64,000 bases of DNA from Phycisphaerae bacterium (GTDB taxonomy: Bacteria; Planctomycetota; Phycisphaerae; UBA1845). The stretch is taken from NCBI GenBank assembly GCA_029260165.1, contig JAJDDT010000116.1, positions 1-64,000 of the forward strand, read 5' to 3'. The notes beneath the pieces were generated by a model. The model was not told the origin of the DNA and ran no database searches. It worked only from the letters and a program-made list of their open reading frames with translations. The translations under genes were made by a program, and so were the position numbers. Position 1 is the first letter of the stretch. Each line of letters begins with the position of its first letter. This document shows positions 19,305 to 29,614 of the stretch, in pieces.

Positions 19305-22300
19305 ATGCCGATACCTGTCGAAACGCTTCGGGATATGAATGGGCTTAACCGCTGGTTTGCGGTGAGTTGCCTGCTGATGTTCGCGAGTTTGATCTGGATG
19401 GTCTGGGAGGATTACGATCGTCCCTGGCGTGGGTATCAGGACGACTACATGGTGGTCCAGGCTGCGCTGGCGCACCTCGACTATCTTGATACGCAAACCG
19501 AATCGTTTCAAAACGGGGTTGCGGTCGCCCGGGAACAGGTTGAACGGGCAAATGTGGAACGAGAAGCCAACGCGTCGGTCAGGACCGGCCTGGAAACTGA
19601 GCTTGCGAAACTGAAGACGCAGCACGACGCGGTGAAGATCGGCTTTGGGAATGCCAATGCGATCGTTCAGGTGACGCGCGTTGAGTATGAAGAGGCTGTC
19701 AGCGCTCATGGTGAGGACGATGAGCACACTAAGGTCGTGTGGCAGAAGTTACATAGTCAGGAGGAGACCGTCGCCGACCTGAAACTGACCAAAGACGGGA
19801 TCGAGGACGATCAAAAGAGTTTGCGGTCGCGGATCAAGGGGATTGATCAACAGGTGGCTGATGCTCAGAAGGCGGTGGACGCGCTGTTAAAGGTAGCGTC
19901 AGATGCGGAGGAAAAAGAGCAGCGGTATACCAACGTGCTCGCCAAGGCGGTGATCAACGCACCGCTCATGGATTTCACGGCTCCCAAGGGGACCGAATCG
20001 CGTCATGAGGTCAAACAGTATGTGCTGCCCGATGTGCGTCAGGAGTTGAACTATCTGCAGACGTACACGACCGATCGTTGTACGACGTGTCATGTCGCGA
20101 TCGATGACAAGGGATTCACGCGTGAGAATTTGGCGAGAAAGTTTGAGCGGGCGTTGCCAGCCATCAATGAAAAACTGATCCGCCAAAGCCTGGCGGTGGT
20201 TGATTTTCCGGAAATACCGGAAGTCAGCGGAGATTTTGCGCCGGAGATCGCACCGGGACAGGTGACTGAGTTCTGGACGTTGTTGTCGGCGGATCAGCAG
20301 CGATCGTATTTCAGCGAGCTTCTTGAGCGGGTCAATACGTTCCTCTCGCGGACCGGCAAGCAGGAGATGAACCTCAGTCAGCCAATCATGGCGCATTCGA
20401 ATCTGGACTTGTTTGTGCATGTGGATTCATCGCACCCAGCGGTCAAAATCGGTTGCACGGTGTGTCATGAGGGGAATCCGCAGGAGACGGATTTTGTGCA
20501 GGCGGCGCACTCGCCGGTGACGCATGAACAGGAGCATGACTGGAAGGAAAAATATTATGTGACGGCTGCGTTTGTTCCAAATGTGACGTTTGACGTGGTC
20601 GAGCATCACTGGGACAGGCCCATGCTGCCGCCGAAGTATTCCGAGGCGGGTTGTGCGAAGTGTCACACGCAGATTGCCGACATTTCGAGTTACGACGGGG
20701 AATCGCAGGCGAAGCGGTTGAACCTCGGGCGCGATCTGTTCACGCGGGCAGGCTGCGTGAATTGCCACGCGGTCGACCAACTGGAAGACGCTCGCAAGGT
20801 CGGGCCTGACCTGACGCGGATTTCATCGAAGCTCGAGCGTGGGTTTACCGAGCAGTGGGTGTTCAACCCGAAGGCGTTTCGCCCGTCGACGTGGATGCCT
20901 CATTTCTTCATGCAGGAAAACAACGGACCGGGTTCGGAGAGTCATCTGGACGAAAACCCCGTTTTGCGCACCGAAACTGAAGCCCAGGCCATCACGCACT
21001 ACCTGTTTACGATGTCGCAGGACTGGTCGCCCGATCCGATGCCGAATGATCTGACCGGCGACGTCGAAAAGGGACGCAAACTGTTCAACTCGGTGGGTTG
21101 TCTCGCCTGTCATGCGAACGTGGCGGAGTTCGGCCGGGAAATGATCGTGGCGGACATGGTCAATCGCGAGGGACGGACCGGGAAATTCGCCGACGCGTAC
21201 TACGATGATTTGACCTACACAGAGCGCGTGTACCATCTGATTGAGCATGTGTCGAGCGATCGCGACACGGTGTTTTCTCCCGAAGCGATCGGGGATCGAC
21301 CCGTGTTCACGCGTCATGGTCCCGATCTGTCCGCTGTCGGGATGAAGGCCAACCGGGCGTGGTTGTTTGGCTGGCTGAAAAACCCCGCCGACTACAACCC
21401 GAACACGCGCATGCCTTCGTTGCGTCTGACCGATCAGGAGGCGGCTGACATTGTCGAATATCTGATGACGTTAAAGGAGAATCACGCGTTTTCGACGTCT
21501 TCGTTCCCCGGTGATAACGAACACAAACAGATGGCCAGGGATCTGGTGTTCCAGTTGTTATCGAGTCAGAATTCCGACCGCCGTGCGACCGCGATCATGA
21601 ACGACGAAAACCTCGAGCTGACCGGAATGTTGAAGGGTTTCGTCTCTGATTCACTGGACGCTGATCGCGTCGAGTCGTTGTTTTCAGGGTTGTCGCTTGA
21701 AGACAGGCAGATGATGTTTCTGGGCAACAAGATGATTGCGCATTATGGGTGTTACGCCTGCCACACCATCGTCGGGTTCGAGAAGTCGCCACCCCCGGGA
21801 ACCAACCTGACGAAATGGGGTGAAAAGCCCCTGTCGCAGTTGGATTTCGGCATGTATACGCACGCGCACGACCATCTGCGTGACGAGCGTCCGGAGGTCT
21901 TCGACAAGGTGTATCCACTCGAGCGTGACGATCTGATCGAATGGTCGCAGGGGGGAAACCCGGATGAGCAGATAACACACTCACACGCCGGGTTTGCCAA
22001 ACACAAAATGCTCAACCCGCGGATATGGGATCGTGAAAGGATCAAGGGGCCGTACGACAAAATCAAGATGCCGAATTTCTACTTCACGGAGGATCAGTCC
22101 GATGCGCTGGTGACGTTCCTCCTGTCGCGGAAATCAGCAAGGGTCACGAGCAGTCTGCAGATCGACTATAACGGAGGCCGTCAGGGTGCGATCGCCGAGG
22201 GGCGCGTGCTCGCTCGCGAGTTGAACTGCATCGGATGTCACAAGATCGAGGACAATGTCGCCGTCGTCCATCAGTTCTACACGACCAGCGACGATGGTTA

Positions 22301-23261
22301 CGCGAACTTCGACGAGGTGAATGCTCCGCCCTGGCTTCGGGGGCAGGGTTCCAAGGTTCAATACGCCTGGTTATACGGGTTCTTCAGCAACGTCGAAACG
22401 CTGCGACCCTGGTTGAAAATCCGGATGCCGACTTTCAACCTGACCGACGAGGAAACGACGACGCTGGTGTCGTATTTCGCGGGTATCGCGCAGGACGAAG
22501 CCGCCATGCTGGCGGAAAATCTCAAGCCCGTACACAAGTTCATCAATAGTGCCTCGAAGAAAGAAGGCGGCGACGTGCACAAGGCTGACTATTGGTTCGC
22601 GACCGATGAACTGCGTGGCCAGGCCAAAACGCTCGGCGATTATTGTGTCGCCAACCGTCTGATGCTGACGTTTGATCTGGACCCGTCAAACAGCAAAGAG
22701 GACCTTGCCGAAGCCTATCGCAGCACAGCCGACAAAGCTGATTTCACGCGTGAGTTGCTGGACGTGAAGTTCCCGTTTTCCGAAAGCCCGCGACCGATGA
22801 TCGATGACGAGCGATTCAGGCTTGGGGAGGCGTTCTTCTACGAGTTGAAGTGTCTTTCCTGTCATGTCCTGGGTGATCCGACTATCGAAGGTTCCAACAG
22901 CAATCCGTCGGCTCCGAATCTGGACCTGACGCATGCCCGTTTGAGTCAGAAATGGGTGGATTTGTGGATGCAGGAGCCTGCCAATCTGCAACCAGGAACG
23001 AAGATGCCGCAATGGTTCCCGGGTGGCAGGAGTGCCTTTGCCGAGTATCCCGACGATCTCAAAACGGAACTGGAAGGTCAATACGGTGCGACCGGAGCGG
23101 ATCAGATCGCACTGATGATGGATTTCCTGTATAGTGCGGGTGCAAGAAATTACACCGCTCTTCAACCCGGCGGCCTGGGAACAGACGCTGGTGATGCCTC
23201 CTCCGGTGACGACGACGAGGAAAGTGATGAGGAGGAGGACGAAGAGGAGGAAGAGGAATAG
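19305..23261 (+). CDS. large multiheme cytochrome c (8 CxxCH) with poly-acidic C-terminal tail
   Basis: Heme motifs are CTTCH, CTVCH, CAKCH, CVNCH, CLACH, CYACH, CIGCH and CLSCH. There is an N-terminal transmembrane segment. The protein ends ...SGDDDEESDEEEDEEEEEE. Confidence 0.85.
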   Translation: MPIPVETLRDMNGLNRWFAVSCLLMFASLIWMVWEDYDRPWRGYQDDYMVVQAALAHLDYLDTQTESFQNGVAVAREQVERANVEREANASVRTGLETELAKLKTQHDAVKIGFGNANAIVQVTRVEYEEAVSAHGEDDEHTKVVWQKLHSQEETVADLKLTKDGIEDDQKSLRSRIKGIDQQVADAQKAVDALLKVASDAEEKEQRYTNVLAKAVINAPLMDFTAPKGTESRHEVKQYVLPDVRQELNYLQTYTTDRCTTCHVAIDDKGFTRENLARKFERALPAINEKLIRQSLAVVDFPEIPEVSGDFAPEIAPGQVTEFWTLLSADQQRSYFSELLERVNTFLSRTGKQEMNLSQPIMAHSNLDLFVHVDSSHPAVKIGCTVCHEGNPQETDFVQAAHSPVTHEQEHDWKEKYYVTAAFVPNVTFDVVEHHWDRPMLPPKYSEAGCAKCHTQIADISSYDGESQAKRLNLGRDLFTRAGCVNCHAVDQLEDARKVGPDLTRISSKLERGFTEQWVFNPKAFRPSTWMPHFFMQENNGPGSESHLDENPVLRTETEAQAITHYLFTMSQDWSPDPMPNDLTGDVEKGRKLFNSVGCLACHANVAEFGREMIVADMVNREGRTGKFADAYYDDLTYTERVYHLIEHVSSDRDTVFSPEAIGDRPVFTRHGPDLSAVGMKANRAWLFGWLKNPADYNPNTRMPSLRLTDQEAADIVEYLMTLKENHAFSTSSFPGDNEHKQMARDLVFQLLSSQNSDRRATAIMNDENLELTGMLKGFVSDSLDADRVESLFSGLSLEDRQMMFLGNKMIAHYGCYACHTIVGFEKSPPPGTNLTKWGEKPLSQLDFGMYTHAHDHLRDERPEVFDKVYPLERDDLIEWSQGGNPDEQITHSHAGFAKHKMLNPRIWDRERIKGPYDKIKMPNFYFTEDQSDALVTFLLSRKSARVTSSLQIDYNGGRQGAIAEGRVLARELNCIGCHKIEDNVAVVHQFYTTSDDGYANFDEVNAPPWLRGQGSKVQYAWLYGFFSNVETLRPWLKIRMPTFNLTDEETTTLVSYFAGIAQDEAAMLAENLKPVHKFINSASKKEGGDVHKADYWFATDELRGQAKTLGDYCVANRLMLTFDLDPSNSKEDLAEAYRSTADKADFTRELLDVKFPFSESPRPMIDDERFRLGEAFFYELKCLSCHVLGDPTIEGSNSNPSAPNLDLTHARLSQKWVDLWMQEPANLQPGTKMPQWFPGGRSAFAEYPDDLKTELEGQYGATGADQIALMMDFLYSAGARNYTALQPGGLGTDAGDASSGDDDEESDEEEDEEEEEE

Positions 23262-23369
23262 AATAGGATAGAACGGAAAGGATCGAGGGCGTTGGCCGAT
23301 ATCAGAAGTGTGACGCGAAACGTCGGCCGCGTTGGTCCGATAACATCTTTGCAGCAGGAGAACAGATTC

Positions 23370-24116
23370 ATGAACAGCAGACGAATCGCAGCGTTGACAG
23401 TCGTTTTCGCCTTCGCGGGCAGTGGTTTTTTCGCCGAAGCGTTGGCGGATGGTGCGACCATCAAGGGCAAAATCAGTTGGAACGGCAAGCCATTCAAAGC
23501 CAAACGATACGCAATGAACGCCCAGTGCAAGGGCCTTCACGAAAAAGCGGGTCAGAAGGTTCCGCGCAAGGAAAAGACCGTCACAAACGAGAACGGGACT
23601 ACCAAAAACGTGTTTATGTACATTAAGAACGCGCCGAAGGGCGATTATCCCACGCCGAATGCGCCGGTCGTGTTGGACCAGATTGGCTGCACCTACGTTC
23701 CGCACGTTTTTGGTGTGATGGCTGGTCAGGGAATTCTGATCAAGAACAGTGATGAAGTGTCTCACAACGTTCACGCAGTACCGAATGCAAGGCTCGGAAA
23801 AAACAAGGAGTTCAACAAGTCTCAGCCTCGCAAGGGTCTTGAGACGACCGAGTCTTTCAAACGCGCGGAGATCGGTGTGAAGTTCAAGTGCGACGTTCAT
23901 CCGTGGATGTCGGCCCGCTGTCACGTCATGGACCATCCGTTTTTTGACACGACCGGCGACGATGGCACGTTTGAGATTACGGGGTTACCGCCCGGAACGT
24001 ACAGCGTGGTTGCGTGGCATGAAAAGCACGGCGAGACGACAGTGGAAGTCACCGTCGCTCAGGACGAGACAAAGGAAGCCGACCTGACGCTTTCGCGAAA
24101 GGGCTGGGCTGAATAG
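23370..24116 (+). CDS. secreted cupredoxin (amicyanin/pseudoazurin-like type-1 Cu site) with C-terminal CarboxypepD_reg-like beta-sandwich
   Basis: The signal peptide is MNSRRIAALTVVFAFAGSG. SHNVHAV matches the amicyanin N-terminal His ligand (PHNVHFV). KCDVHPWM matches the C-x2-H-x2-M loop (CTPHPFM). The tail is DGTFEITGLPPGTYSV. Confidence 0.55.
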   Translation: MNSRRIAALTVVFAFAGSGFFAEALADGATIKGKISWNGKPFKAKRYAMNAQCKGLHEKAGQKVPRKEKTVTNENGTTKNVFMYIKNAPKGDYPTPNAPVVLDQIGCTYVPHVFGVMAGQGILIKNSDEVSHNVHAVPNARLGKNKEFNKSQPRKGLETTESFKRAEIGVKFKCDVHPWMSARCHVMDHPFFDTTGDDGTFEITGLPPGTYSVVAWHEKHGETTVEVTVAQDETKEADLTLSRKGWAE

Positions 24117-24221
24117 ACCCGCCGTTTTCATACGATGATTACAGACCGAAGCGTCGTGGGAATTGTCTCACGGCGCTTCGATTTTTTTGCGCATTTGCGT
24201 TAGAATCCCGCCGGAAACGTC

Positions 24222-25235
24222 ATGAATGAGCAGGTTTTGACATCTGATGGGCATGATGCGTTGCGGCATCGGCTGGCGATCGGGCTGATGTGCGGAACAG
24301 CCGGTCTGGTCTTCGTCGGCGGGTCGGTGACAAGCAATGACGCGGGGATGGCTGTCCCGGATTGGCCGACGACGTTCGGGGAAAACATGTTCCTGTACCA
24401 CCCGCGGAACTGGGTGGGCGACATTCTGTTTGAGCATGTTCACCGGTTGTGGGGGGCAGCCGTCGGGATGATCACGATCGCAGTGACCCTGTTGACCCAA
24501 TTTCGCGACAAAAGACAAGCGGTATGCTGGTTCGGGTGGATTCTGCTGGCTGCGGTCATCGGGCAGGGCGTGATGGGCGGCTATCGCGTGAACAATGATT
24601 CGATTCGGTTGGCCATCACCCACGGTTGTTTCGCCCACCTGTTTTTCTGTGGGACGGTCGTGATGGTACTGGTGACGTCGCGGAAGTGGCCACGGGTGGG
24701 GAGTAGCGATGGGTTTGGCGTCGGATTGCGTTGGTTCACGATTGCGACGGCGACAGCGGTTTTCGCCCAGGTCGTGATCGGAGCGATCTACAGACATCTG
24801 TCTGTCGGGTTGGCCTACCATGTGATTGGCGCGTGCGTGACGACGTTGCTGATCTGCGGTTTGGTGATGTGGGTGACCGGACACCATCATGAGCATCGGT
24901 GGTTGATGAGGTTGACCAAATGGTTCGGCGGATTGTTCATGCTGCAGTTGATGCTCGGTGTGGCTGCCTATGTTGCGGTGATGACTTACAACGTGGATTA
25001 CGCTGCCCACAACGAACGTCAAGCCGATACGGAGATGGTCGATGGATCGGTTGCTGCTGACGAGGCTGCGTTTCGTGACGCGACGTTTTTTGAGTGGTTC
25101 CTGCCGTCGCTGCATGTTGTGGTCGGAGCGGGCGTGCTTGGGATTTCCGCGGGGATGGCGTTGAGCGTTTGTCGCGAGGGCGCGAAGGTCTCAGATGCAG
25201 GTAAACTGACCGGGGAAGGAGTATCGGTGACATGA
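24222..25235 (+). CDS. ctaA: heme A synthase (COX15/CtaA family)
   Basis: It has the DWPTTFG motif, multiple transmembrane helices and conserved His residues. Confidence 0.85.
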   Translation: MNEQVLTSDGHDALRHRLAIGLMCGTAGLVFVGGSVTSNDAGMAVPDWPTTFGENMFLYHPRNWVGDILFEHVHRLWGAAVGMITIAVTLLTQFRDKRQAVCWFGWILLAAVIGQGVMGGYRVNNDSIRLAITHGCFAHLFFCGTVVMVLVTSRKWPRVGSSDGFGVGLRWFTIATATAVFAQVVIGAIYRHLSVGLAYHVIGACVTTLLICGLVMWVTGHHHEHRWLMRLTKWFGGLFMLQLMLGVAAYVAVMTYNVDYAAHNERQADTEMVDGSVAADEAAFRDATFFEWFLPSLHVVVGAGVLGISAGMALSVCREGAKVSDAGKLTGEGVSVT

Positions 25236-26140
25236 AAGCGGTTGTGGGTGCGAATCCGGTTTCGACGGGCGAATCGGTGTTGTTTGACTACATCGCCCTG
25301 GCCAAGCCTCGGGTGGCGAGTTTGGTCGTTCTGTCGTCGTCGGTCGGATTCTACCTGGGGCATGTCGGGGTATTTGCGATCGCAGACGTGGTCCGGATGC
25401 TGACGATGATGCTGGGGACCGTGCTGGTCGTGTCGGCTGGTAACGCGACCAACCAGATCATCGAGCGAGCCCATGACGCAAAGATGATCCGGACAGCCAA
25501 TCGCCCGTTGGCGTCGGGCCGAATGCAGAGTGCCCAGGCTGTCTCGTTTTCACTTGTCACGCTCGTCTCGGGGCTGGTGATTCTCGGTTTTGGAAACAAC
25601 GTGGTGTCCGCTGTGGTGGCGTTGACAGCGTTTCTGAGCTACGCGTTCGTCTACACGCCCATGAAACGGGTCGGACCGTCGGCTGTGATGATCGGAGCCG
25701 TTCCGGGAGCGCTACCGACGGTGATTGGTTGGTCAGCCTCAACGGGCGGACTGGAGCTGGGAGCCTGGCTGCTGTTCGCCATCGTCTTTTTCTGGCAACT
25801 GCCGCACTTTCAAGCCATCGCGTGGATCTATCGCGACGACTACGCCCGTGCGGGTTTCAAGGTTCTTCCAGTTGTGCATCCAGGCGGAAAACGGTCCATG
25901 ATCGAGGTTGTGGGATTCAGTCTGCTGCTGATTCCCGTGACGCTGTTACCGACGTTTTTCGACCTGGTGGGGGTGGTCTACTATGTCTGTGCGATGGCGT
26001 TGGGATTCGCGTTTCTGGCCTACGGATTGGAAATGGTCAGGCTCCGAACACACGAAAGCGCGAAACAGCACATGTGGGCGTCCCTGGCCTATCTGACACT
26101 TGTGTTTGTTTTGCTGATTGTTGACAAGTCAACCGCCTAA
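25232..26140 (+). CDS. ctaB: protoheme IX farnesyltransferase (heme O synthase, UbiA family)
   Basis: It has NQIIERAHDAKMIRTANRPLASG. Its ATG overlaps the ctaA stop (ATGA). Confidence 0.9.
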   Translation: MKAVVGANPVSTGESVLFDYIALAKPRVASLVVLSSSVGFYLGHVGVFAIADVVRMLTMMLGTVLVVSAGNATNQIIERAHDAKMIRTANRPLASGRMQSAQAVSFSLVTLVSGLVILGFGNNVVSAVVALTAFLSYAFVYTPMKRVGPSAVMIGAVPGALPTVIGWSASTGGLELGAWLLFAIVFFWQLPHFQAIAWIYRDDYARAGFKVLPVVHPGGKRSMIEVVGFSLLLIPVTLLPTFFDLVGVVYYVCAMALGFAFLAYGLEMVRLRTHESAKQHMWASLAYLTLVFVLLIVDKSTA

Positions 26141-26155
26141 ACCGGGGCGACAAAA

Positions 26156-26428
26156 TCAGTCGTCATTTGAGGCGGGGTTGTCAGCTTCCGCTTCCTGCCC
26201 AGCCAGCTCTTTCGCGCGGATGTACCATCCTCGTCCGACCCAGGCGACGCAACCCAACACCGCGTACGCGATAACCGCCATCACCGCGACACCCGCCTTG
26301 GCACCGAGGACCATATTGGAATTCGGATCACCGAAACAGGTTGAGCAGGCGGTGGCAGCCTCGGTCAGCAAACTGCTCAAAAGCAGGGAACACGCGACGA
26401 GGCGACAAGCGTACGTTGCCCGGTTCAT
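26156..26428 (-). CDS. small membrane protein with CxxC motif, oxidase-operon associated
   Basis: This 90-aa protein has the motif CSTCFGDP, one transmembrane helix and an acidic tail. Its start overlaps the upstream ORF's stop. Confidence 0.4.
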   Translation of the reverse strand: MNRATYACRLVACSLLLSSLLTEAATACSTCFGDPNSNMVLGAKAGVAVMAVIAYAVLGCVAWVGRGWYIRAKELAGQEAEADNPASNDD

Positions 26429-26631
26429 TCGATCGCCTCGCGTCGAACCTTGCGAATAAACCAGTTGCCGTAGATGACGAGCAGCCCGCCGGAAACAAGA
26501 GAACCCAGCCCAAACGTGAGCGCACCGGTATCACCCTGACGAAAATACCGCAAAACACCCCACCCGCCGACGAGCAGCGTCATGGCGACACAGGAGACGA
26601 CAAAAATGATGTGAAATTTTCCAAGCGACAT
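26425..26631 (-). CDS. small 2-TM membrane protein, oxidase-operon associated
   Basis: This 68-aa protein has two hydrophobic helices and is co-directional with coxD. Confidence 0.4.
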   Translation of the reverse strand: MSLGKFHIIFVVSCVAMTLLVGGWGVLRYFRQGDTGALTFGLGSLVSGGLLVIYGNWFIRKVRREAIE

Positions 26632-26696
26632 CGTGCAATCCTCTCGGACGTCACATCACACTCGTGATGAGCCGTTCGGGATTATAGCCGATTACG

Positions 26697-27011
26697 TCAA
26701 ACCCTGCCCGAAAAGGCTTCGTTGCCCTGAAGGTCCATCGCCGGCAACGCCATAAGCACCGCGAAGAAAAACGCCGTCAGCGCAAGAATCGCGTAGATGG
26801 CTTTGCGCTCCGAAATCAGGTGCATGAAATAACACGCGACGAGCGTCCCCTTGATCGACGCAATGGCCAACCCGATGATGATCGCCACCGTCGTGGACAC
26901 ATCCAGGAGCGACGCACCCACGGTAACCCCGGACAAAACGAGCAGCGAAGCAAACACCGTCATGTAGATGCGAACTTCTTTCGAGATTTCCTCAACGGAG
27001 TGGCCACCCAT
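26697..27011 (-). CDS. cytochrome c oxidase subunit IV (prokaryotic CoxD/CtaF type)
   Basis: This 104-aa protein has three transmembrane helices. Its N-terminus MGGHSVEEISKEVRIYMTVFASLLVLSGVTVG resembles the caa3/aa3 subunit IV family. Confidence 0.65.
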   Translation of the reverse strand: MGGHSVEEISKEVRIYMTVFASLLVLSGVTVGASLLDVSTTVAIIIGLAIASIKGTLVACYFMHLISERKAIYAILALTAFFFAVLMALPAMDLQGNEAFSGRV

Positions 27012-27023
27012 TCTTGATCGCTC

Positions 27024-27851
27024 CTATAGCAAATAGATCGTCGGGAAGAGGAAAATCCAAACCAGATCAACAAAGTGCCAATACAAGCCGGCACACTCGA
27101 TCCGATTCGAGAACTGAGCCGGATTCGATCGAAACATCCCCGTCCCAAACAGCAGAAAGTACAGATTCACCGCGATCCCACCGACAATGTGCAGACCATG
27201 CAACCCTGTCATCGTGAAATAGAGACCGTAGAAATTGCTGTGCTTGGGACCAAAATTCGTCAGCCTGTCAATATCGAGCCGGTTAATCCTGATCTGCTCT
27301 GCATGACCCTCGCCGCCCTTTTCGTGGTCACTGTGCTCATCATCCCCCGACGTTCCATGTTGAACAGCATCCGGGGAGAAGAGGATGTAATCCTTGTCGA
27401 GGTCGTTTTCGTCGAGGTGGCCCGTAATCGATTCGGACCCTTCGTAACCCTTGACCAAAGCGCCATCAGCGAGGAAGGCTTCGTAGTGCTCAAATTTCGG
27501 CTTGTACTCGATCGTCTTGATAACAAGGAAAACCAGGGACAACGCGATCGTCAGACTCATGTAAAAGCGGAACTTGCCGAGATTGTTCAACCTGCAACCG
27601 ACCCACGCCATCACCATCGTCACGCTGGACGAAATCAGCACGACGGTGTTGAGCGTCGCAAGCGGGACGTTCAGCACATCCCACCCGTCAGGCCAGGAAT
27701 CCGCGCCGACGCGAAGCAGGATGTACGACGAAAAAAGGGCACCGAAGAGCATCACCTCGGAAGCAAGAAAGAGCCACAAACCAAGCTTGCCGTTGGTCAA
27801 CCCGGTGATCGGGTGTGGCTCATCAATATATCGAATCACGGGAGCGGACAC
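27024..27851 (-). CDS. ctaE: cytochrome c oxidase subunit III
   Basis: It has the typical subunit III N-terminus (HPITGLTNGKLGLWLFLASEVMLFGALF). Confidence 0.9.
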   Translation of the reverse strand: MSAPVIRYIDEPHPITGLTNGKLGLWLFLASEVMLFGALFSSYILLRVGADSWPDGWDVLNVPLATLNTVVLISSSVTMVMAWVGCRLNNLGKFRFYMSLTIALSLVFLVIKTIEYKPKFEHYEAFLADGALVKGYEGSESITGHLDENDLDKDYILFSPDAVQHGTSGDDEHSDHEKGGEGHAEQIRINRLDIDRLTNFGPKHSNFYGLYFTMTGLHGLHIVGGIAVNLYFLLFGTGMFRSNPAQFSNRIECAGLYWHFVDLVWIFLFPTIYLL

Positions 27852-27878
27852 AGTGTCGGTCTCCTAAGGGTTCGCAAA

Positions 27879-29603
27879 CTACTTGACAAACTGCGGGCTG
27901 TAATCGTCCGAAGCTCCGGGAACGCTGTACTCGTAGGGGCCTCGATAGACCTCGGGTTCGGTCGCGAAGTTACCGTGCGGAGGTGGTGACGGAGCCGCCC
28001 ATTCGAGTGTCGTCGCCTTCCACGGATTCTGGTCCACCTTCTTACCCGCAAAAAAGCTCATGAAGAAATTCAGGATAAACGGAATCTGCGCGATCCCCAA
28101 CAGCCAGGCGGACCACGACGACGCGATCGTCCACTCCTGAACAGCCTGCCCATGTTCATAATGCGTCTGATCATAAAGACGACGCGACACACCGGCCATC
28201 CCCTGAACAAACATCGGAATGAACACGCCGTTCAAAAACACCAGCGTGCCGATCCAGTGCAGCTTGCCCAGCGCACTGTTCATCATTCTGCCCGTCACCT
28301 TCGGGTACCAGAAGTACACCCCCGCAAAGAGGGCCATCAGCGTCCCCGGCGCGACCACGAAGTGGAAGTGACCGATGACGTAATAGGTGTCGTGCAACTG
28401 AATGTCCGAGGCAGCCAACCCGAGCGGCAGACCGGTCAAACCACCGATCGCGAACATCGGCAAAAAGGACAACGCGAACAGCATCGGCGTGTTAAACCGA
28501 ATCGATCCACCCCACAAGCTCAAAATCAACGCCGTCAGAATAATCACCGACGGTATCGAGATGATCATCGTCGTCGTCTGGAAGAAAATGCTCATGCTCT
28601 GACCCATGCCGGTCATGAACATGTGGTGCGCCCAAACGATAAACGACATGAACCCGAGGAAAATCACCGAATAAACCAGCGATCGGTAGCCCCACAAAGG
28701 CTTGCGCGTGTTGTTGGCGACGATCTCCCCGACGATTCCCATCGCCGGAAGGATCAGAACATACACCTCCGGGTGCGCGAGAAACCAGAAAAGATGCTGC
28801 CAAAGCAACGGGTTACCACCACCAGCGTTAACCGCAGGACTGCCACTGATAATCAGACCATCCGGCATGAAAAAACTCGTCCCCGCCACGCGGTCCATCA
28901 ACTGCAACACCCCAGCCGCCTCCAAAGGCGGAAACGCGAGAAGCAGCAGAAACGAGGTGATAAACTGTGCCCAGACGAAAAACGGCAGACGGAAGAACGT
29001 CAAACCCTTCACGCGAAGCTGAACAATCGTGACGATAAAATTGACCGAACCCAGCAGCGACGACGTGATCAGAAAAACCATGCCGACCAGCCACATCGTC
29101 TGGCCAATCAGATGTGGTTGCGTGTTCGCCAGCGGCGGATACGACGTCCACCCATACTGAGCAGCACCACCCTCAACGAAGAAGCTGCAAATCATCACAA
29201 CCCCGCCGGTGAAATAAACCCAGTAGCTGGCCATGTTCAGTTTCGGAAACGCCATGTCCGGAGCGCCGATTTGCAGCGGCATCACATAATTCCCGAAACC
29301 ACCGACCGCCAACGGGACCACACCAAGGAACACCATGATCGTCCCGTGCATCGCGCCAAGCTGATTGTAAAATTCGGGCAGCATCGTGCCGCCGACGAAC
29401 CCCGCCTCGCCGAAAATGTTCTCAAGAAACGAGAAGTCAGCCTTCGGATAGGCAAGCTGGGCACGCATGATCATCATTAGCGCGAAACCCAGAAACAAAA
29501 ACAGCAACGACGTGACCGTGTACTGAATCCCGATGACTTTGTGGTCGACCGAGAAAACATATTTGCGAATAAAACCCGGATCGTGGTGATCGTGGCCGCT
29601 CAT
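27879..29603 (-). CDS. ctaD: cytochrome c oxidase subunit I (heme-copper oxidase)
   Basis: It has 12 transmembrane helices and the conserved GHPEVY and HHMF regions. Confidence 0.95.
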   Translation of the reverse strand: MSGHDHHDPGFIRKYVFSVDHKVIGIQYTVTSLLFLFLGFALMMIMRAQLAYPKADFSFLENIFGEAGFVGGTMLPEFYNQLGAMHGTIMVFLGVVPLAVGGFGNYVMPLQIGAPDMAFPKLNMASYWVYFTGGVVMICSFFVEGGAAQYGWTSYPPLANTQPHLIGQTMWLVGMVFLITSSLLGSVNFIVTIVQLRVKGLTFFRLPFFVWAQFITSFLLLLAFPPLEAAGVLQLMDRVAGTSFFMPDGLIISGSPAVNAGGGNPLLWQHLFWFLAHPEVYVLILPAMGIVGEIVANNTRKPLWGYRSLVYSVIFLGFMSFIVWAHHMFMTGMGQSMSIFFQTTTMIISIPSVIILTALILSLWGGSIRFNTPMLFALSFLPMFAIGGLTGLPLGLAASDIQLHDTYYVIGHFHFVVAPGTLMALFAGVYFWYPKVTGRMMNSALGKLHWIGTLVFLNGVFIPMFVQGMAGVSRRLYDQTHYEHGQAVQEWTIASSWSAWLLGIAQIPFILNFFMSFFAGKKVDQNPWKATTLEWAAPSPPPHGNFATEPEVYRGPYEYSVPGASDDYSPQFVK

Positions 29604-29614
29604 GAGGCTCGTCC

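Noticed and set aside
28152-29480. 442-aa ORF antisense to coxA
   Set aside because: It is an R/H/Q-rich shadow ORF. The coxA frame is unambiguous.
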